Notes: generated from the sequence alone by a model not told the origin. A stretch of 64,000 nucleotides of DNA from an uncultured Acidimicrobiia bacterium (GCA_963786955.1 CAWBAT010000006.1:640001-704000); one strand, 5' to 3'. Shown: positions 23,156-34,088, counted from the first letter of the stretch. A program made the numbers and translations.

Positions 23156-23862
23156 TTCTCCTTTCCAACTGGCACATCGCCGAAACTATGGACGGAATCG
23201 CAAATCTTTCGAAGCGCTGCTTCAACATCTCCCGACGCCACCCGAAAGGCTTTGGCATCGATCGCCAGAGGAGCACCGAGCACAACCAACGGGGCGCCAT
23301 ACTTGGGGGTCTCAATGGCCTGTTCTACGCTAAGACCTCCTACAGCCTGTACTGGCACCTGAACCGCTTTGACAATCTCGCGCAACTGATCCAAGGGACT
23401 CGGGAATGGCTTACCTTGCTCCTTCAAAAGGGTTCTTTGGTCATAAGCAATATGGTGGATCACAAAATCGCATCCCAGGTCTTCCAGAATTTTGGCTCCA
23501 GCAACCATATCTGGCATCCCCAGGTTGTCTCCCATGACTTTTACGCCGTAATCCTTGGCGGCGCGCACGACCAACTGAACGGTTTCTCGATGCGCCTGGC
23601 CCATCACGACGACAAAATTGGCTCCGGCCTTGGCCATGAGTTCAGCTTCCAAATAACCGCCATCCATTGTTTTCAAGTCGGCCACAATAGGTGTTTTCGG
23701 GAACTCTGCCCTCAGAGCTCGAACCCCATTCATTCCTTCGGCAATGATCAACGGCGTCCCGGCTTCCAACCAGTCCACTCCAGCCCGCATCGCCATTCGG
23801 GCTGTTTCGAGGGCTTCCGGAATCGTTATCAGGTCCAATGATATCTGTACGACGGGTTTCAT
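23152..23862 (-). CDS. 3-hexulose-6-phosphate synthase / KGPDC (OMPDC superfamily) protein
   Basis: VQISLD, WLEAGTPLI, IVADLKTMDGGYLE, AVGGL; its stop overlaps the dehydrogenase start. Confidence 0.88.
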   Translation of the reverse strand: MKPVVQISLDLITIPEALETARMAMRAGVDWLEAGTPLIIAEGMNGVRALRAEFPKTPIVADLKTMDGGYLEAELMAKAGANFVVVMGQAHRETVQLVVRAAKDYGVKVMGDNLGMPDMVAGAKILEDLGCDFVIHHIAYDQRTLLKEQGKPFPSPLDQLREIVKAVQVPVQAVGGLSVEQAIETPKYGAPLVVLGAPLAIDAKAFRVASGDVEAALRKICDSVHSFGDVPVGKEK

Positions 23863-24122
23863 ATCAATCCATCCTTTAACAATGATCTGCGGTGTCACCG
23901 CAACCATTTTGAAGAGTAGCAGATCAAAATGACAAGACCAACCAGAAATTTTTCAGACGGGGCAAGCGTACCCGGGAGATTAATAGGGATATTCCGGCCT
24001 GTCTTAGGCAGAAGCAGAAAGATCGCCTCAAACGACGATATAATCTCTCTTCGAGGAGGAGGCAGTGCGGGAATTTGCGCAAGTCGCTGTTTCCGCTTTA
24101 CAGAGTCGTGCATTCAGTAGTA

Positions 24123-26096
24123 TTATTTCACAATGCTGATTTCATGAACAGCTTCCACCAAGGCCAATACATTTTCAACGGGTGTTTCGGGCAGGATCCC
24201 ATGGCCCAGATTGAATATATGACCGGGCCGGTGCTCAGCTTTCTCGAGGAATTGTCGGGCGCGCTGTTTGATGGTCTTTGCATCCGATAACAAGACCAAC
24301 GGGTCGAGGTTCCCCTGAATCCCAACATCATATCCTATCTTCGACCAAGCTTCCGCCAAATCCACTCGCCAGTCCACGCCAATCACATCCCCACCTGCCT
24401 GCCTGACCAATGGCAGATAGCCAGAGGTTCCCGTCGAGAAATTGATCACAGGGACCCCGGGCTTGATCCCATCAATCACCCGTTTGGTATGGGGGAGGAC
24501 AAAATCCCGATAGTCTTCCGGACTTAAGCAACCCACCCAACTGTCAAACAATTGAACAGCCTGGGCGCCTGCGGCAATCTGGCCGTTCAAGTATTTCACT
24601 AAGCTCCTCGCAATCGAGGCCATCATGGCGTGCCAGGCGCCAGGATCCCGGTACATCAGGGACTTGGTATGACGGTAACTCTTAGAGGCTCCTCCTTCGA
24701 TGATGTAGGACGCTAAAGTAAAAGGTGCGCCGGCGAAACCGATCAAAGGGATATCGGGCCTTAGGCCGGCGCGGGCCTTTCGAATCGCGTCAAAGACAAA
24801 GGATAGCGACTCTTCTGGTTCTACTTCACGCATCCGGTTCACATCACTGTGGCTGCGGATAATCCCGTCGATCACCGGCCCGTCTCCCTTCTCAAATCGC
24901 AGCCCCAAACCCATGGGTTCGACAATTAAAAGGATATCGGCAAAGATGATGGCGGCATCTACTCCGAGACGATGAGCGGCTGTGATCGTGACTTCCGCTG
25001 CCAGATCAGAATTCTTACAGAGTTCAAGAAAGGAATTTCTAGCCCTAATCTCTCGATACTCCGCCATGTAGCGCCCGGCTTGACGCATGAGCCAAACAGG
25101 CGTGTATTCGGTGGGAAGACGCCGGCAGGCCCGCATGAAAACACTTGATTCCAGTCTATCCGGCAAACCAGAGGATGTCTGTTGTTCAAACTGAACCGGA
25201 AGCCGAGATGGAGTTTCAATCCTGTGGGCCGGCCTAGCCATTTTGTCCTGAAGCCTCTCGCGCGCCGCTGTAGCAATCTCGGCCACAAGTTGTGCCATCC
25301 TGGATTCCCGGGGCTCGACATCGACGGCAACGCCTTGGTCTCGTAACGACTGACTACAAAGCGGGCCAATCGATCCCACGACAACTGCCGACAAGGCCCT
25401 TCTCAACTGTGGCGACAATGATTTCTGGTCCGCTACTTGGAAAAGATGAGAAACCTGCATGGAATTCGTAAATAAAGCCACCTCACACTGTCCATCGATC
25501 AGAGCCCGAATTGCCTCCTCCAGAGACTTGGTGTCTGGGGGAAGTGTCCAGCGGTAGACAGGGACCTGAAGGACTCTTGCTCCACGGTTTTTCAATTCAT
25601 CCAGTAATTCAGAATTCGGTACTCCGGACTCCTGGACGGCTATGGTCAGCCCTTTGAGCGGCGGAAATCGATCGCTGTTGTCCACGATTTCCAAGATCTC
25701 CCGCCACGTTCCCGGATCCGGAACAGTGATGGTCACGGGAACTCCCAGTGCTCGTAAAGCCTCAACCGATTTGGGTCCCCGCGCAACGACCGTGATTCGT
25801 CCAGTTCCTGAAGGAACTGCTCCTTCGGGAATCGAGTTTCGAGCACTTCGAAAAGACTGCTCTGCCCCTACTCCGGTTAAAAACAGGACGACTGCGATAT
25901 CGTGACGAAGTAGTCTCTCTCCGAATTCCAGTGCAGAAACGTTTTGCGACAGAGGAGCCTCCGCCATGGAGGGAGCAAGTAACGGAACGCCCCCTTGCTT
26001 GACGATGAGCTGTTCCATTTCCTTGGCGCGGCGTCCTTCAAAAACCGCCACACGCAATCCCGCCAATCCTTTTTCAATCTTGGCTGTGCTTGTCAC
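24123..26096 (-). CDS. hemE: Fused uroporphyrinogen-III synthase (HemD) - uroporphyrinogen decarboxylase (HemE)
   Basis: N-terminal HemD motifs (ARGPKS, VPVYRW, FTNSMQV, SIGP) are in frame with HemE motifs (PVWLMRQAGRYMAEY, IGFAGAPFTLASY, QLFDSW, FNLGHGI). Confidence 0.92.
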   Translation of the reverse strand: MTSTAKIEKGLAGLRVAVFEGRRAKEMEQLIVKQGGVPLLAPSMAEAPLSQNVSALEFGERLLRHDIAVVLFLTGVGAEQSFRSARNSIPEGAVPSGTGRITVVARGPKSVEALRALGVPVTITVPDPGTWREILEIVDNSDRFPPLKGLTIAVQESGVPNSELLDELKNRGARVLQVPVYRWTLPPDTKSLEEAIRALIDGQCEVALFTNSMQVSHLFQVADQKSLSPQLRRALSAVVVGSIGPLCSQSLRDQGVAVDVEPRESRMAQLVAEIATAARERLQDKMARPAHRIETPSRLPVQFEQQTSSGLPDRLESSVFMRACRRLPTEYTPVWLMRQAGRYMAEYREIRARNSFLELCKNSDLAAEVTITAAHRLGVDAAIIFADILLIVEPMGLGLRFEKGDGPVIDGIIRSHSDVNRMREVEPEESLSFVFDAIRKARAGLRPDIPLIGFAGAPFTLASYIIEGGASKSYRHTKSLMYRDPGAWHAMMASIARSLVKYLNGQIAAGAQAVQLFDSWVGCLSPEDYRDFVLPHTKRVIDGIKPGVPVINFSTGTSGYLPLVRQAGGDVIGVDWRVDLAEAWSKIGYDVGIQGNLDPLVLLSDAKTIKQRARQFLEKAEHRPGHIFNLGHGILPETPVENVLALVEAVHEISIVK

Positions 26097-26531
26097 TATC
26101 CGGCACCCCCCAGTTCCGACTCAAATCATCGACCGTCTACTAATCATGCCAGCTAGGCATTGATGAAGTTAATACGAAATTAGTCTCTTCGCTCCCAGAG
26201 TAAGCGCTGCTCCCCCACAGGGTCGCGAATCACCGATCCAATCAGTCACAATAACAAAAGGGTTTCGCGCGGTGCAACTGATGTTTGTAGTTTGTCACTC
26301 CGAGTCATAAATGCTCAGACTGTCTTGATTTAGCAAAAGAGCGCATGTTCAATCGAGGAGCTGGGCCAGAAGCGTGGGATGTCCTGATTCTATAATTGAT
26401 TTCTGGTATTTGTCTCACCACAAATGCATATTTTTTCCTGCTGTCACCATGTTTAAAATATCATGGCGATCCTATTGTCCTTTGCTACAATGCCTCACGA
26501 AAGCCAAAGTCACCAAGCAAGGAGATCTACT

Positions 26532-27735
26532 ATGAAAGGTGTCATGAAATCTGCAATTTTCCTCATGCTTCTTACCTTGATGTCTCGCCAAATATGTCTG
26601 CGCAGTCCAAACCGAACACACTGACCCAGCAGGAAATTTCCGAAGGGTGGATTCTGCTGTTCGATGGTGAGACCAATTTCGGCTGGGAAAGCCATGGCGG
26701 AGCAGATTGGAAAATCGCTGACGGGATTATTTCTGTCTCTTCCGGAGAGAATGGCTGGCTCGGCACCACATCTCAATTCGCCGACTATATCCTAAAAGCG
26801 GATTACCGGACTGGAGCCGATGGAAATAGCGGGATTTTTCTTCGTTCGGCGAGTGAAGGCGAACCTGCCAAGACGGGATACGAACTGCAGATTTGTGACA
26901 CACACAAGGATTACATTACCGGGAGTCTCGTGAACTACCACAAAGCTCAAAAGAAAATAAGCTTTGCCCCAGACCAGTGGCACAGTTATGAGATTCGCAC
27001 GGCAGGGAGATCAATTCTTGATCAAGTTGGACGGGAAAACGCTCTTGAAGACTCGTGATCAGACCCATGCAGTAGGTCAGATCGGATTGCAGTACAATAA
27101 GGGCAAGAAGAGTTGAATTTCGGAATATCAAATTGACGCCATTAGGGATCAAATCAATCTTTAATGGCAAAACTCTCAGTGGCTGGCAGAAGGTGAACAG
27201 CCCGGATAAGAAGACGGTTCCCGTGTGGTCCGTTCAGAAAAAAACAATTCATGTAGAAGGAGGTCCGGGCCAGCTTGAAATTGCGGGACCTTACGGAGAC
27301 TTCGTATTGCAATTGGAGGTCCGCACGAATCCCAAAGACGCCAACCACCATCCGAATAGCGGTGTCTTTTTCAGGGGAGACCCGAATGCTTTTTGGACGG
27401 GATATGAGTCACAAATCCGCAACGAATTCAAAAACCAGGATCGGACACAGCCGGTCGATTTCGGGACGGGCGGGATTTATCATTTCCAACCCACCCGTCG
27501 AGTGATTCCCAATGACGGAGAGTACTTTTCTAAGACGATTATCGCTTCGGGACGGCACATGGCGGTCTGGGTCAATGGAATCCAGGTAAGCGATTACACG
27601 GACTCACGCCCGCCCGGACCGGATATCTATACCCAGTCTCGACCTGGAGCTGGGACAATTAGTCTCCAGGCTCACGATCCCACAACCAATCTTGATTTCA
27701 AGAATCTTAAGCTGGTTTCATTGCCGAAGCGGTGA
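26532..27735 (+). CDS. Secreted tandem DUF1080 (3-keto-disaccharide hydrolase-like) protein; frameshifted
   Basis: Two domains, LLFDGETNFGW...NSGIFLR...GYELQI and IFNGKTLSGW...NSGVFFR...GYESQI...GTISLQAHD; signal peptide after an AGGAG RBS. Confidence 0.85.
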
Positions 27736-27859
27736 GAGTTTGTCATGCGATGAAGACATGCAAACGACGCCTACCTTCGCCAGCCGCCATTGGATCATCA
27801 AACAAATGTTTAACGTTACGACCTGATTCCTTTTCTTTCGTATCGGAGTTGATTCTTAT

Positions 27860-28321
27860 CTCTGCGGCTTTTTGAAAATGGTGAGGAGAAAGGCCGCGGA
27901 CCCGGAATTCGGGTCCGCGCTACAGTCTCTCAAAGCCGCAGAGCGGCGATCTGTGTATAGAATCTGATGTTTGCCAAAGAACAGAGCTCCGTTCGGAGCG
28001 ACCTGTGAACAAAGATTCCGATTGACACCTCCGGGCAAACTTGGGGGTCACATCTCAATATTCATTATTTGATATTGAGATGCGCTCCCTTAAGGAAATT
28101 TCACGTGCCCGCATCATTGAAAGAGGCTCTAAGCAACCGGTAGGGTCGATTCTACAAATAGCGGCTAAGGCACACGCTTACTTAACCTTAATTCTGAAAT
28201 AAGGGTGTGCTGTTTTGAGCTGACTCAGTTAAAGCATCTAGTTGTTGAAATCCTATTTCGGTAAGTCTGAGGCATCTCAATTCCAATTACAAGCTGGGCA
28301 AATTGAGGGTCGCATCTCATT
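27860..28321. repeat. Cluster of REP-like palindromes between convergent genes
   Basis: CTCTGCGGCTTT/AAAGCCGCAGAG encloses CGCGGACCCG/CGGGTCCGCG; also GGGGTCACATCTCAATAT...ATATTGAGATGCGCTCCC and a half copy GGGTCGCATCTCA near 28307. Confidence 0.6.
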
Positions 28322-28332
28322 CGAGGATCAAT

Positions 28333-29511
28333 TCAAACTCTTTTGTAGGTACTGCCCGGCTTAACCATTTCTGCGGTGGCTACCCCCAAAAAGGAGGTGG
28401 CTGCTCCATTGACCAATATGCCAAAGGATTGCGCATGGACAGGATTGGAGAGTAACTCCCAGAATTTGTCTACTGATTGCGGGATGCTCTCATCCGGCTT
28501 TCTCGGCGGGTTGGAATAATACCAGCTCAGCAGCATCACTACACCCGGACTTCCCAGTCTGTCGGGACCATCTCCCCAAATCCCTTTTTCCCCTTGCACG
28601 CGCATGAGTTGCCGCACCGTGTTTTCCAAATCGATTGGCAGTTGCTTGTTAAAGGCGGAATCCTCCGACAAATAGAAAGCCGCCAGTATGGCTTCCACAC
28701 AGTATGCGATACTCACATAACTGACCTCCTCTAGTTCCTTGCCTTCGACTAGATCGGGGAATTCCCCATTCGCATGACGATGCTTCAGAAGCCAGCCCAC
28801 CGAATTCATGGCGATTTCTCGATACTGTTTGTTTCGGGTCACTCCATAGAATTCAGCAAAGAAGAATGCGGCGGCAGCCGTTGATCGAGTCGAGGGAAGG
28901 AGCAAAGCCGTACCATCTATAATGCCACTTCCCCAAGCCCCTTTTTGTTCCCCAATTGTGACGCCCCAACCTGCGACAGCCGGCCTCTTCGAAGCAGGTT
29001 CGGCAGTGGTCCCCTCCAGGAGGAAACGTGCCAATCGCTCCATAGCCTGCAAATACTCCTTTTTCCCCCTCCCATCGGCAGCTTCAAAGGTTCTTGCTAA
29101 AGCCGCGGCCGCCAGGCAGTTTTCGCTGATCTCGATATTGCCGCTTCCATCAGTCCAATAACCGGATTCCCGTCCATGTGAAGTCAGTCTATGCTGCTGC
29201 CTTCCAACTAAAGCATCACTCCAATTCAAAGCTTCTTCTATGTATTTCGATCCGTCTTTCGTCATTTCTCCTGTTGCGATCAGGGTCCGCGCCAACCTTC
29301 CTTGGACTCCAAGACGATCCATCCCTCCGGAACCAGACTTAAATGCGGGCCAAGCGGAAAGCTTAGCATCCACTGCCCAGCGGCTTATATCTTGCAGATA
29401 GCCGGTCAGCTGCTTCTTGATGGCACCATCAAAGAGCTTTCCACTCTGAACTACTGATGGAGTCAGCAGCAAAACACCGATTAAAAGTGTGAGAGCCCAG
29501 ATGTTTCTCAT
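28333..29511 (-). CDS. Secreted hypothetical protein, possible (alpha/alpha) toroid fold
   Basis: Signal peptide; helical repeats ending in QW-like motifs (GWLLKHRHANGEF, LMRVQGEKGIW). Confidence 0.65.
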   Translation of the reverse strand: MRNIWALTLLIGVLLLTPSVVQSGKLFDGAIKKQLTGYLQDISRWAVDAKLSAWPAFKSGSGGMDRLGVQGRLARTLIATGEMTKDGSKYIEEALNWSDALVGRQQHRLTSHGRESGYWTDGSGNIEISENCLAAAALARTFEAADGRGKKEYLQAMERLARFLLEGTTAEPASKRPAVAGWGVTIGEQKGAWGSGIIDGTALLLPSTRSTAAAAFFFAEFYGVTRNKQYREIAMNSVGWLLKHRHANGEFPDLVEGKELEEVSYVSIAYCVEAILAAFYLSEDSAFNKQLPIDLENTVRQLMRVQGEKGIWGDGPDRLGSPGVVMLLSWYYSNPPRKPDESIPQSVDKFWELLSNPVHAQSFGILVNGAATSFLGVATAEMVKPGSTYKRV

Positions 29512-29612
29512 ATGAAATCAAGCTATTCGAGTTTCTTGAAGTATCTCAAAAGCAGTGCGATCCGAAAGCCTGCTGAATCCTTCAGCCCACGGACGCGATG
29601 AAGGAAAGGGAC

Positions 29613-29642
29613 AAAAAAAAAGCCTGGTGATTAAACCAGGCT
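29613..29642 (-). terminator. Intrinsic terminator of the STAS gene
   Basis: Minus strand AGCCTGGT-TTAATC-ACCAGGCT followed by a T-run. Confidence 0.8.
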
Positions 29643-29673
29643 CGAAAACCAAGCTAAAATTTGACTCAGGTAT

Positions 29674-30030
29674 CTATGACTTCTTTGCCGCAAAACTCTT
29701 GATTCCGTCTGCTTCATTTTCATATACATCAAAAACTGTCAGGAGCTTTGTGACCAAAAGGATATCGCGCGTTCGCTGGCTTAAATTGGCCAATTTTAAC
29801 TGCCCTCCCTGATTCCGTATAGTTGTGAAACTCCCAACCAAGGCGCCTACGCCAGTACTATCCATGTAGCTTACCTTCTCGAGGCTGATCAGAATATTTT
29901 TGCGGCCAGACTGCAATACCTCCTTGATTTTCTCCCTCATCGCTCCAACTTCGTCTCCGATAACGATTTTGCCTTCGGGAACAAGAACGCACACGTCATC
30001 CACTACCTTACTTTCAAATTGAAGTGGCAT
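29674..30030 (-). CDS. STAS-domain anti-sigma factor antagonist
   Basis: LEKVSYMDSTGVGALV phospho-Ser motif. Confidence 0.93.
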   Translation of the reverse strand: MPLQFESKVVDDVCVLVPEGKIVIGDEVGAMREKIKEVLQSGRKNILISLEKVSYMDSTGVGALVGSFTTIRNQGGQLKLANLSQRTRDILLVTKLLTVFDVYENEADGIKSFAAKKS

Positions 30031-30507
30031 AGGCCTTCCTCCATTTTTCTAAAGTGTCAGAAAACTCGTTATTATGCCCTCATAACCAAACGCCGAGAAT
30101 ATAATCCATTCTTAGAGATAAGGCAAAAAGAATAGCAGGAATTCCCTACCCCTTGGACAAACTTGGATTCCCCCCAGAAGGGCTTAATCGCGAACAAACC
30201 CGCGGAACACGGGACCTCTCACATTCCTTTGAATGATTGCGGGCCTGAGTCTCTTGGATCGATACGACGGTTTCCATCCCAGGGCAGACTCCAAACCGTA
30301 AAGAGATTCATTCTCTAATTTGCAGCCCCATGATTGAGTTCGTTGGGAATTGTAGAAATGGGCCCTGTCGCCCATCCCGGACTGACGGAAGCCCTTACCC
30401 AGAAAGATCTTAATTCTGTAGGTTTTAAAAGTGCACTTTCTGTGAACCAAAAGCTATCTTACCGGACAACCTCAACGCGAAATGGATTTCTCCAGACTTC
30501 CATGTGC

Positions 30508-31116
30508 CTAGTTCTTGGGGGTCATCTTCTGGACTAGCATCTGGAATCGTTGTTTTTCTGGTGCTCCAATTGGGCAATCGCACATCGTGGCGACTGACTG
30601 GCCACCGGATTCAGTGATGAGTTCCTTTCGGTAAACATCTTTCGACTCAGTCTCGCCGGGCTTGACATATCCAAATTCCCCAAAACCGGATTTACATAAT
30701 TTCTCGATGACATACCCATCCTTCATTTTGACATCAATTTGAATTTGCCGGTTCCAGAAATCCTCAGAATTCAAAGCCCAATTAAAATACTTCAGCTCGA
30801 TCTCGACTTCCAGGTCTTCTTTATAATGCTTAAACTTGTCTTTGATCTTAAGCTTCTCGACTTTCTTTTCATCTAAGGCTTTATAAATGTTGACCATAAA
30901 ATCACCAGGTGGGGGCTTGGGCACTTCTACTTCCTTCTGTTCGCCTTTCTCGTCAGTAGTGGCAGCCTCGCCTTTCCCTTTCTGTTTTTCTTTGGCTTGA
31001 CCAGCGAGTTCCGAGCTGCAAGAAAACCATGCCACGGTGAAGAACAACAAAACATGCCAACACATTCTTAACCAGAAGCAGCGGGAAGAGTGATTCATCA
31101 TGATGATTTCCTCCAA
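30508..31116 (-). CDS. Hypothetical exported Lys/Glu-rich protein
   Basis: Signal-peptide-like N-terminus followed by a low-complexity KE linker; no family recognised. Confidence 0.6.
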   Translation of the reverse strand: MEEIIMMNHSSRCFWLRMCWHVLLFFTVAWFSCSSELAGQAKEKQKGKGEAATTDEKGEQKEVEVPKPPPGDFMVNIYKALDEKKVEKLKIKDKFKHYKEDLEVEIELKYFNWALNSEDFWNRQIQIDVKMKDGYVIEKLCKSGFGEFGYVKPGETESKDVYRKELITESGGQSVATMCDCPIGAPEKQRFQMLVQKMTPKN

Positions 31117-31263
31117 GCTAAGATGGGCTAAATTTTACCGTAATCCCTTCATGGCTCCGTAGTTAATCTCTGAGCTCATTATATTCCTACCACCCCTTGG
31201 AGCAATACCTTATTTGTTTCAGCTGAGATTTCTGCCATTTGCGCAGCAAATAATTTTGCTCGA

Positions 31264-32571
31264 TCACACTGATTTTCCTTCAGTCAAGGGAATAAAAGGC
31301 ACAGTTTGCGGGCCCTTCCGGTAGAACGGCCATCCTAAAGGGCTGATTTCTCTGATCTGGAGAATTTGCTCGATGTAATCTCTCGAACCAGCTGACCAAT
31401 GTCCCTGCAGGGTTTGACATGTGCCGCTCGGACTTCTACCTCGGAGTAGCGTGGAAAAGAGATAAATATCCGCCTTCATTAAAATCCTCGCCAGGATCTG
31501 GACTTCCCATTGGTCCAGAATCGGTTCCTTGGCACGATGAATCAATTGAATCAATTCCTCAGGTGTTCTTCCCTTCGCGCAGCAGCTCTCTAAAATTCCC
31601 ATGATCGGGAACTCCATCCGAACACTCTGAAGCCATGAGAATTGTTCCTCCCTGTCTGACAATTTGTTCAGCAGCCGACATCCCCTTAACAGCCTGATAC
31701 AAATTCATATCCAATGGGAAACCGGAATTCGTGGTCACCACCAGATCATAAGGACTGTTAACGGGACGCATGACCGACTTGCGGGCAAACGCACAACCCG
31801 CCGAATGGGCCTTTTGCCAATGTCCCGCAAAGACACCGGTGAGTATCACGCTTTCGGTTCAGCGTCACATTCACAATGAAGTCTGGGTTGACCATGGCAG
31901 CAATCTCGGACATTTCTTCGTAGATAGGGTTACCCTCCGTGACTCCCCAAGTGGCACGAGGATTACCGATCATAGGAGCGGAATGATTCCTTAGAATACT
32001 TTCGAACGCACCTACCCCAAGCAAGACGGCTTTCGGCCCCCCCGAAAAGCCGGCAAAAAAGTGAGGTTCGATGAAACCGGTTAAGATTTTTACTTTAGCG
32101 TGCATGAAATCTTTGTTCACCCAGACTTCATTTCCGAAGCGACTGACTCCCAGGCGAACCATGCTCTCTCATGTCTCTGGGGCGATGCTGTACGATCCGG
32201 TAAGTCATTGATAATTTCTTCTTCCGAGCATGGACTCCAATTCCTCGGGAGTGTTCGTCCGGTGCGTTCCAACGGCATTGATCAAAGTAATGTTATCTTT
32301 GGGAACCTTGCCGAGCTCAGAGAGAATGATCGGAAGAACACGATCACTTGGCATTGGCCGCGTCCGGTCTGGGAAAATAATGGCAACGGAGTCGTCTGCT
32401 CGAACCAGGTCTTTGAGAGCCAATGCCCCGATCGGGTGTCGAAGTGCTTCTTGCAAGTGCGTACACTTCATCGGGCAATCCTTCTACAAATTCTGGTTCA
32501 ATGACGTCAATCCCGGTGTCGGGGAAATCCACATCTAAGCCAGATTTCCCATAAGAAAGGTGAATTTTCAT
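31264..32571 (-). CDS. larA: LarA-family (nickel-pincer lactate racemase-like) protein; multiple frameshifts
   Basis: PDRTRPMP, AVGTHR, TGFIEPHFFAGFSGGPK, PLDMNLYQAVKG, ECSDG, DQWEVQ. Confidence 0.85.
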
Positions 32572-32854
32572 TGTCTCTCCAAGAAGTGGGTGTGATGACT
32601 CAGGATGAGCTGATCTTGCATAAACTCAAACTGGCGATCGTGAATCATGGCTCGCGTCTGAGAGTGAGCGTATCATAATCAAATTCTGAATGTCGCAACT
32701 CCATTAAGGGATGGGGGGGCAAGAAAAAGCCTCGGAATCGAGCAACGTCGAATGGCTAGCAGCTTTCGGCATGAGAAGGAGGTAAAACCCCTCTCTGGCA
32801 GTCTCTAGACTATTATACTTGGGCGAAAGTCAGAAAAACTGTATATTTCCAGTT

Positions 32855-33127
32855 ATGGATGAAAGAGAGTTCTATACCGAAAAAGACGAGCTTAAACCGG
32901 CCAGCTTAAATTGCCCTTCCTGTCGCCAGGTTGCCCAATATGACGTGCGCTGGATACGCCGTACGAAGAAAGCTTCACTTCCTTCCCGTGCAGGTGATGA
33001 AGACCGTCTTCGCTTTGCGAAGGCTCGTTCTTATTTGGTTCGCGTCGACGATGCTGTTCAGTGTAAGAATCCGCGCTGCCGAAAGCGATTTGAAATTACG
33101 ACGCTTCAGACTGTCGCCTTCCTGTAA
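32855..33127 (+). CDS. Small Cys4 (zinc-ribbon-like) hypothetical protein
   Basis: CPSC ... CKNPRC in a basic 90-aa protein. Confidence 0.7.
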   Translation: MDEREFYTEKDELKPASLNCPSCRQVAQYDVRWIRRTKKASLPSRAGDEDRLRFAKARSYLVRVDDAVQCKNPRCRKRFEITTLQTVAFL

Positions 33128-33252
33128 CTCCTTATTTGACTCTCGCAGGATGACCATTTCAGGCTGGCACAGAGTTGCGAGATGATCGCTCAGGGGAGGA
33201 AGACTCTCAGTGAACACTCTCACAGTGACTGCTAAGATTTGGACTGCTCCGG

Positions 33253-34088
33253 ATGCAAATTCCGAAAGCCCTTACCATAGCCGGCTCCGATTCGAGTGGC
33301 GGGGCTGGGATCCAAGCCGATTTGAAAACCTTTGCGGCCCAAGGTGTCTATGGCTGTTCGGTCATCAGCGCAATCACAGCCCAAAATACAATGGGGGTTT
33401 TCGAAGTTTACCCGCTCCCTCCGGGAATTATTCAAGAAGCAATTGGAAGCCGTGCTTTCCGACATTCATCCCGATGGGATCAAAATTGGGATGTTGGCCA
33501 ATTCCTCGATCATTCATTCCGTCGCCAACACTTTAAGACAATTCCCCAAAAGCCCCTTGTTCTCGATCCCGTCATGGCAGCAAAAAGCGGGGATTTACTC
33601 CTGGAAAGGGAGGCGGTCCGATCGTTGCAAGAAGAACTTTTCCCCCTTACGTGCATTTTGACGCCTAACATTCCTGAAGCAGAATATTTGATCGGGAATC
33701 CAATTCAGATGCAGGAAACATGCGGGAAGCTGCCGGAAAATTTTGGAAATGGGAGTTGCCTCTGTCCTCATTAAAGGAGGCCATGCGGTTCAACAATCCC
33801 GGCACCGGGAAAGGGTGGACGTTTCGTAGTCGATCTATTCTACGATGGGAAAGAAATGCGGAAGATCAAAGGACCGCGAATCGATACCCGCACACACATG
33901 GCACAGGATGCACGCTCTCTTCCGCAATCGCCGCAGGATTGGCAAAAGGGCTTACACCTCTGGAAGCCATCCTGAACGCTCGCGATTACTTGACGGCTGG
34001 GTTACAAAACGCCTATCCGGTTGGAAAAGGAAAAAGTCCGCTGCACCACTTTTACCGATGGTGGGGGGAAGAGGAAGCGAAATCATAG
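33253..34088 (+). CDS. thiD: Hydroxymethylpyrimidine/phosphomethylpyrimidine kinase; frameshifted
   Basis: [53 protein letters not shown]. Confidence 0.92.

Noticed and set aside
23152-23862. Evidence for methylotrophy via RuMP
   Set aside because: No hxlB/PHI or C1 oxidation genes in the window, and the family includes non-RuMP enzymes.
30184-30450. ORF or ncRNA upstream of the STAS gene
   Set aside because: Only short hairpins (ACGGTTT/AAACCGT); no known motif and no coding signal.
33128-33252. TPP riboswitch upstream of thiD
   Set aside because: The CTGAGA and ACCTGAT core motifs are not present in sense orientation.
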